From: the human T2T-CHM13v2.0 reference genome, Homo sapiens
NCBI RefSeq assembly: GCF_009914755.1
Contig: NC_060947.1
DNA: 64,000 bases
Direction: 5' to 3' (one strand)
Every line of letters starts with the position of its first letter. Position 1 is the first letter of the stretch. The notes under the pieces are model-generated. The model saw only the letters and a list, made by a program, of their open reading frames with translations, had not been told where the DNA came from and made no database searches. Positions 61,168 through 64,000 of the stretch are shown piece after piece. The translations under genes were made by a program, and so were the position numbers.

Positions 61168-61327
61168 GTCCTGGGAATTGTCTTTGCCTGCTGCCTCGTG
61201 AAGTGTATCAGAAGTGGCTATGAGGTGATGTAGGGGTCTGGTATCTTCAGCCTCCTCATCTGGGGGAGTGTAGTAGTCTCCTCTAGGTTTTTCAATTAAG
61301 TGGATTATTTTTTCAGACAGAAAAAAA
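61168..61327 (+). pseudogene. CD63 3'-terminal retrocopy fragment (last 21 codons plus 3'UTR)
   Basis: 61168-61233 translates VLGIVFACCLVKCIRSGYEVM* (recalled CD63 C-terminus VLGIVFACCLVKSIRSGYEVM). It continues with the recalled UTR ggggtctgg..cagcctcctcatctgggggagtg..ggtttttcaatta..ggattattttttcagac and a short A run. Confidence 0.88.
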
Positions 61328-63100
61328 TAGATTTAATGTTAACAATACATGAATGAAAAGGTAAACTTTAGTTTTCTCTTTTGAACAAGATTTTCATATA
61401 GTATTAAAAAGAGATAATACAATATTTTCTTTATCCTTTGAGTAAACTGCAAAATAAAAAAGAGGAGAGAGTTTGCCTTATGCTATCTTTACTAAGTTTC
61501 TTTATTGTTTGAGAACTGAATTTCCTCTCTATCAAAAAGTAAAGGTCTTCGCTTAATGAAGTCTAAGAATTATTACTTTGGCTAAGTGAATTACCATTAT
61601 TTTACAGTAATTTGTGATCCTATTTTGATATCAAGTGTTCTAAAGTTAATATTTGATGTTTCCAAATCAAATTTCAAATTCTAAAATTAAGTATTTTCCA
61701 AAAGGAACCCCTGGAAATTCAGGAAAAATGTATTAGGCTTATTTGGTATGTTAAAATTATATGAGAAGCATTGTCAAACAAGAAATGGTATTTAACTTTC
61801 TTTGAGTTGTATTTGTATAAATGTGTTATTAATACATGTTTCAAAATTCTGTGATATTCCAAAATTCTGACATGTGTGGTATATGTTATCAGTCATAATT
61901 ATGATTACTATGTTAAATTGTTGTATGCCACAGAAATAAGAAAATTTCCATGTCAATTGTGTCCTTAACCAGGGCTACTCTAAATCTTTTGCTATCCACA
62001 GAAAATTTTTATTTTACTATGATTCTTCTCAGAACACAGTTTACAGTCAGCTAGAGTCCAAAATTTGCTTTTTCTTCAAGAAAATTAATAGAAATGACCC
62101 TGACAAGTACAATTCAATACAGGTTTCTGATAACTTTGGAATTCGTATCATTAGACTAAGTAAAATCTTTCAGAGCTTCAGTACAAAAATGATTTGTCCA
62201 TGAAGATTGCTAACCCAACATCAAGAAGACCAATAATTAATTACATGTTAGTGAACTGATAGAAAACTGAAAGGATTTTTATGACCTTTATTGTGAAACA
62301 ATGTTGATTTTTAAAAATATTTAGTTTTCTATGGTCAAGAAAACTTTTTTCCTTTGAGCTATCTGTAGCTAACGGCAATTGGGTAAAGTATACTTTTGTG
62401 AGAAAAATTCAAACATTTTCCTTTCTCTATACCTGATTTATCCAGAATTCAGAACTACTTTTTGTTTTATTTTTATTTTGCTATTTTCTGGCAATGTAGT
62501 TATTTGAGTATGTTCAATAAAAATTTGTTTTCTTTTGTAATAGGACATATTGGATACACTGATTATTTTATCAGGCCTTTGACTGAAATGTCATAGTTTA
62601 AAATGTAACCAAACTGCTTTGAGGAATTGAGGTTGATTTGATAAAGCCAATAGATGTGGAAAAACAAAAAAACAAAACAAAACAAAAAACTGGCCTCATA
62701 CCTTGTCTATTTGGTTCTCTTACAAGGTTCCTAAATTTGTGTAAGTAAAGAATGTCACTTTCTGACAGGCCCATGAAACCCAAGGTATTTTGGGGACCTT
62801 GAGAAGAGAGGGATTCACCCAATTTGTACAGATATTATCAGAACGGTCTAATGGCAAAAACTTGGTTTGGCTTCCTACCCATAACATGTATTTAGAAAGT
62901 CTAATTGAGATTCCTTATGAAAAAGTTTCATCAAAGCCAACTTAAAAGAGCCTACATCGCCAATCACTATTCTTGTTTCACTTATGCAAATAATCAAGCC
63001 AAGTATAATACTAAAACTTATTTTCAAATAAATTTGTCTTAATGAGATTTATCTTCAGTAGAAATGGAGAATTAGAGAGCGAAAATATGTTTCAGAAGAA

Positions 63101-63302
63101 AAGTATAGAATTCTTGTTATCAGATTCTAGTCTTGAAATTATTTTTAAGCTATTATTTTCCTACAATTTAGATGGAATTCTGAATTATTTCCTGGCTACA
63201 AGTATAGAATGCTTGTTATCAGATTCTAGTCTTGAAATTATTTTTGTTATTATTTTCCTACAATTTAGACTGAATTCCGAATTATTTCCTGGCTACAAGT
63301 AT
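63101..63302 (+). repeat. Tandem duplication of about 99 bp
   Basis: Copies start at 63101 and 63200 (aagtatagaa..cagattctagtcttgaaattatttt..cctggctac). Confidence 0.93.
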
Positions 63303-64000
63303 CTAAAGAAGAATATGGATTCATTTTTCTTCATTATGTTTTTAGTTGACTCCCCAATGGAACAGGTATCTTTTTAAAATTTGTTTTGGCATACAAATTA
63401 TTTTTTTAATTTATCTCATTGTTTTACGTCTTCCAAGAAAAGTAAACTTGTGGTATTTCGAGGAATAGAGATGATGATTCAACAAGCAAAAGTAGCTCTA
63501 TAAATCATTGACTTCACCGAAGTATTATTTTTGCCACTCCATCCCCCTGTGAAGCCATCCCAATTCAGATTTCAGTGCTCTTAAAATTCTTGACTGAGAC
63601 ATATCTCCCTCCCACCCACTGACACAGAACACGACTATTCAGGAATAAGCTTTCTGAGCACTAAGGGATGAAGGCTGTCTATCACTGTAGCCTCAGCAAA
63701 GATAATCATTAATGCTTCCATGGGAAGATTATTGATCAAAAGAGGGTAAATGAAAAAAATGAAAATAGCTCAGAAAAGTTTGAGCTATGTGAGGTATGCA
63801 AAAATTATCAGGCCTAAAAAGACAAAACTATGGGATTTCATTCGCACTTCTGCCCCCATGTTAGGAGCAATGGTTTAAAGGCTGTCTCTTTCATTATCTT
63901 CATGTTTCTGGAATTTATGACACTAAGAATAATGTATGTCCGATCAATAGATTGCTATTTTAATGTAAATTCTTGGTAAACAACTTAGGAACTGATCTTT

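Overview
This is primate (most likely human) genomic DNA: AT-rich and dense in Alu, L1, MaLR and ERV elements. It is not prokaryotic, and most ORF-track entries are repeat artefacts. The only supported protein-coding gene is on the + strand: three phase-compatible spliced exons at 2712-2873, 15130-15298 and 20577-20786 (stop), with a poly(A) signal at 21075. From memory the peptide matches the C-terminus of CFAP47 (Xp21). The remaining ~43 kb is intergenic transposon landscape. Less obvious content: (1) a full-length RPS15A processed pseudogene nested in an old L1; (2) a ~155-bp CD63 3'-end retrocopy ending GYEVM-stop inside a non-coding ERV1-type provirus; (3) a MER41B-like LTR with two intact GAS/STAT motifs; (4) a twin-primed 5'-inverted L1; (5) an internally deleted L1PA that keeps its 5'UTR and a truncated ORF0; (6) a ~590-bp palindromic purine-pyrimidine array; (7) several short locally templated insertions and duplications. 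I found no evidence of a new multi-gene system. Gene and repeat-subfamily names come from recalled sequences, not database searches, and boundaries of old repeats are approximate.
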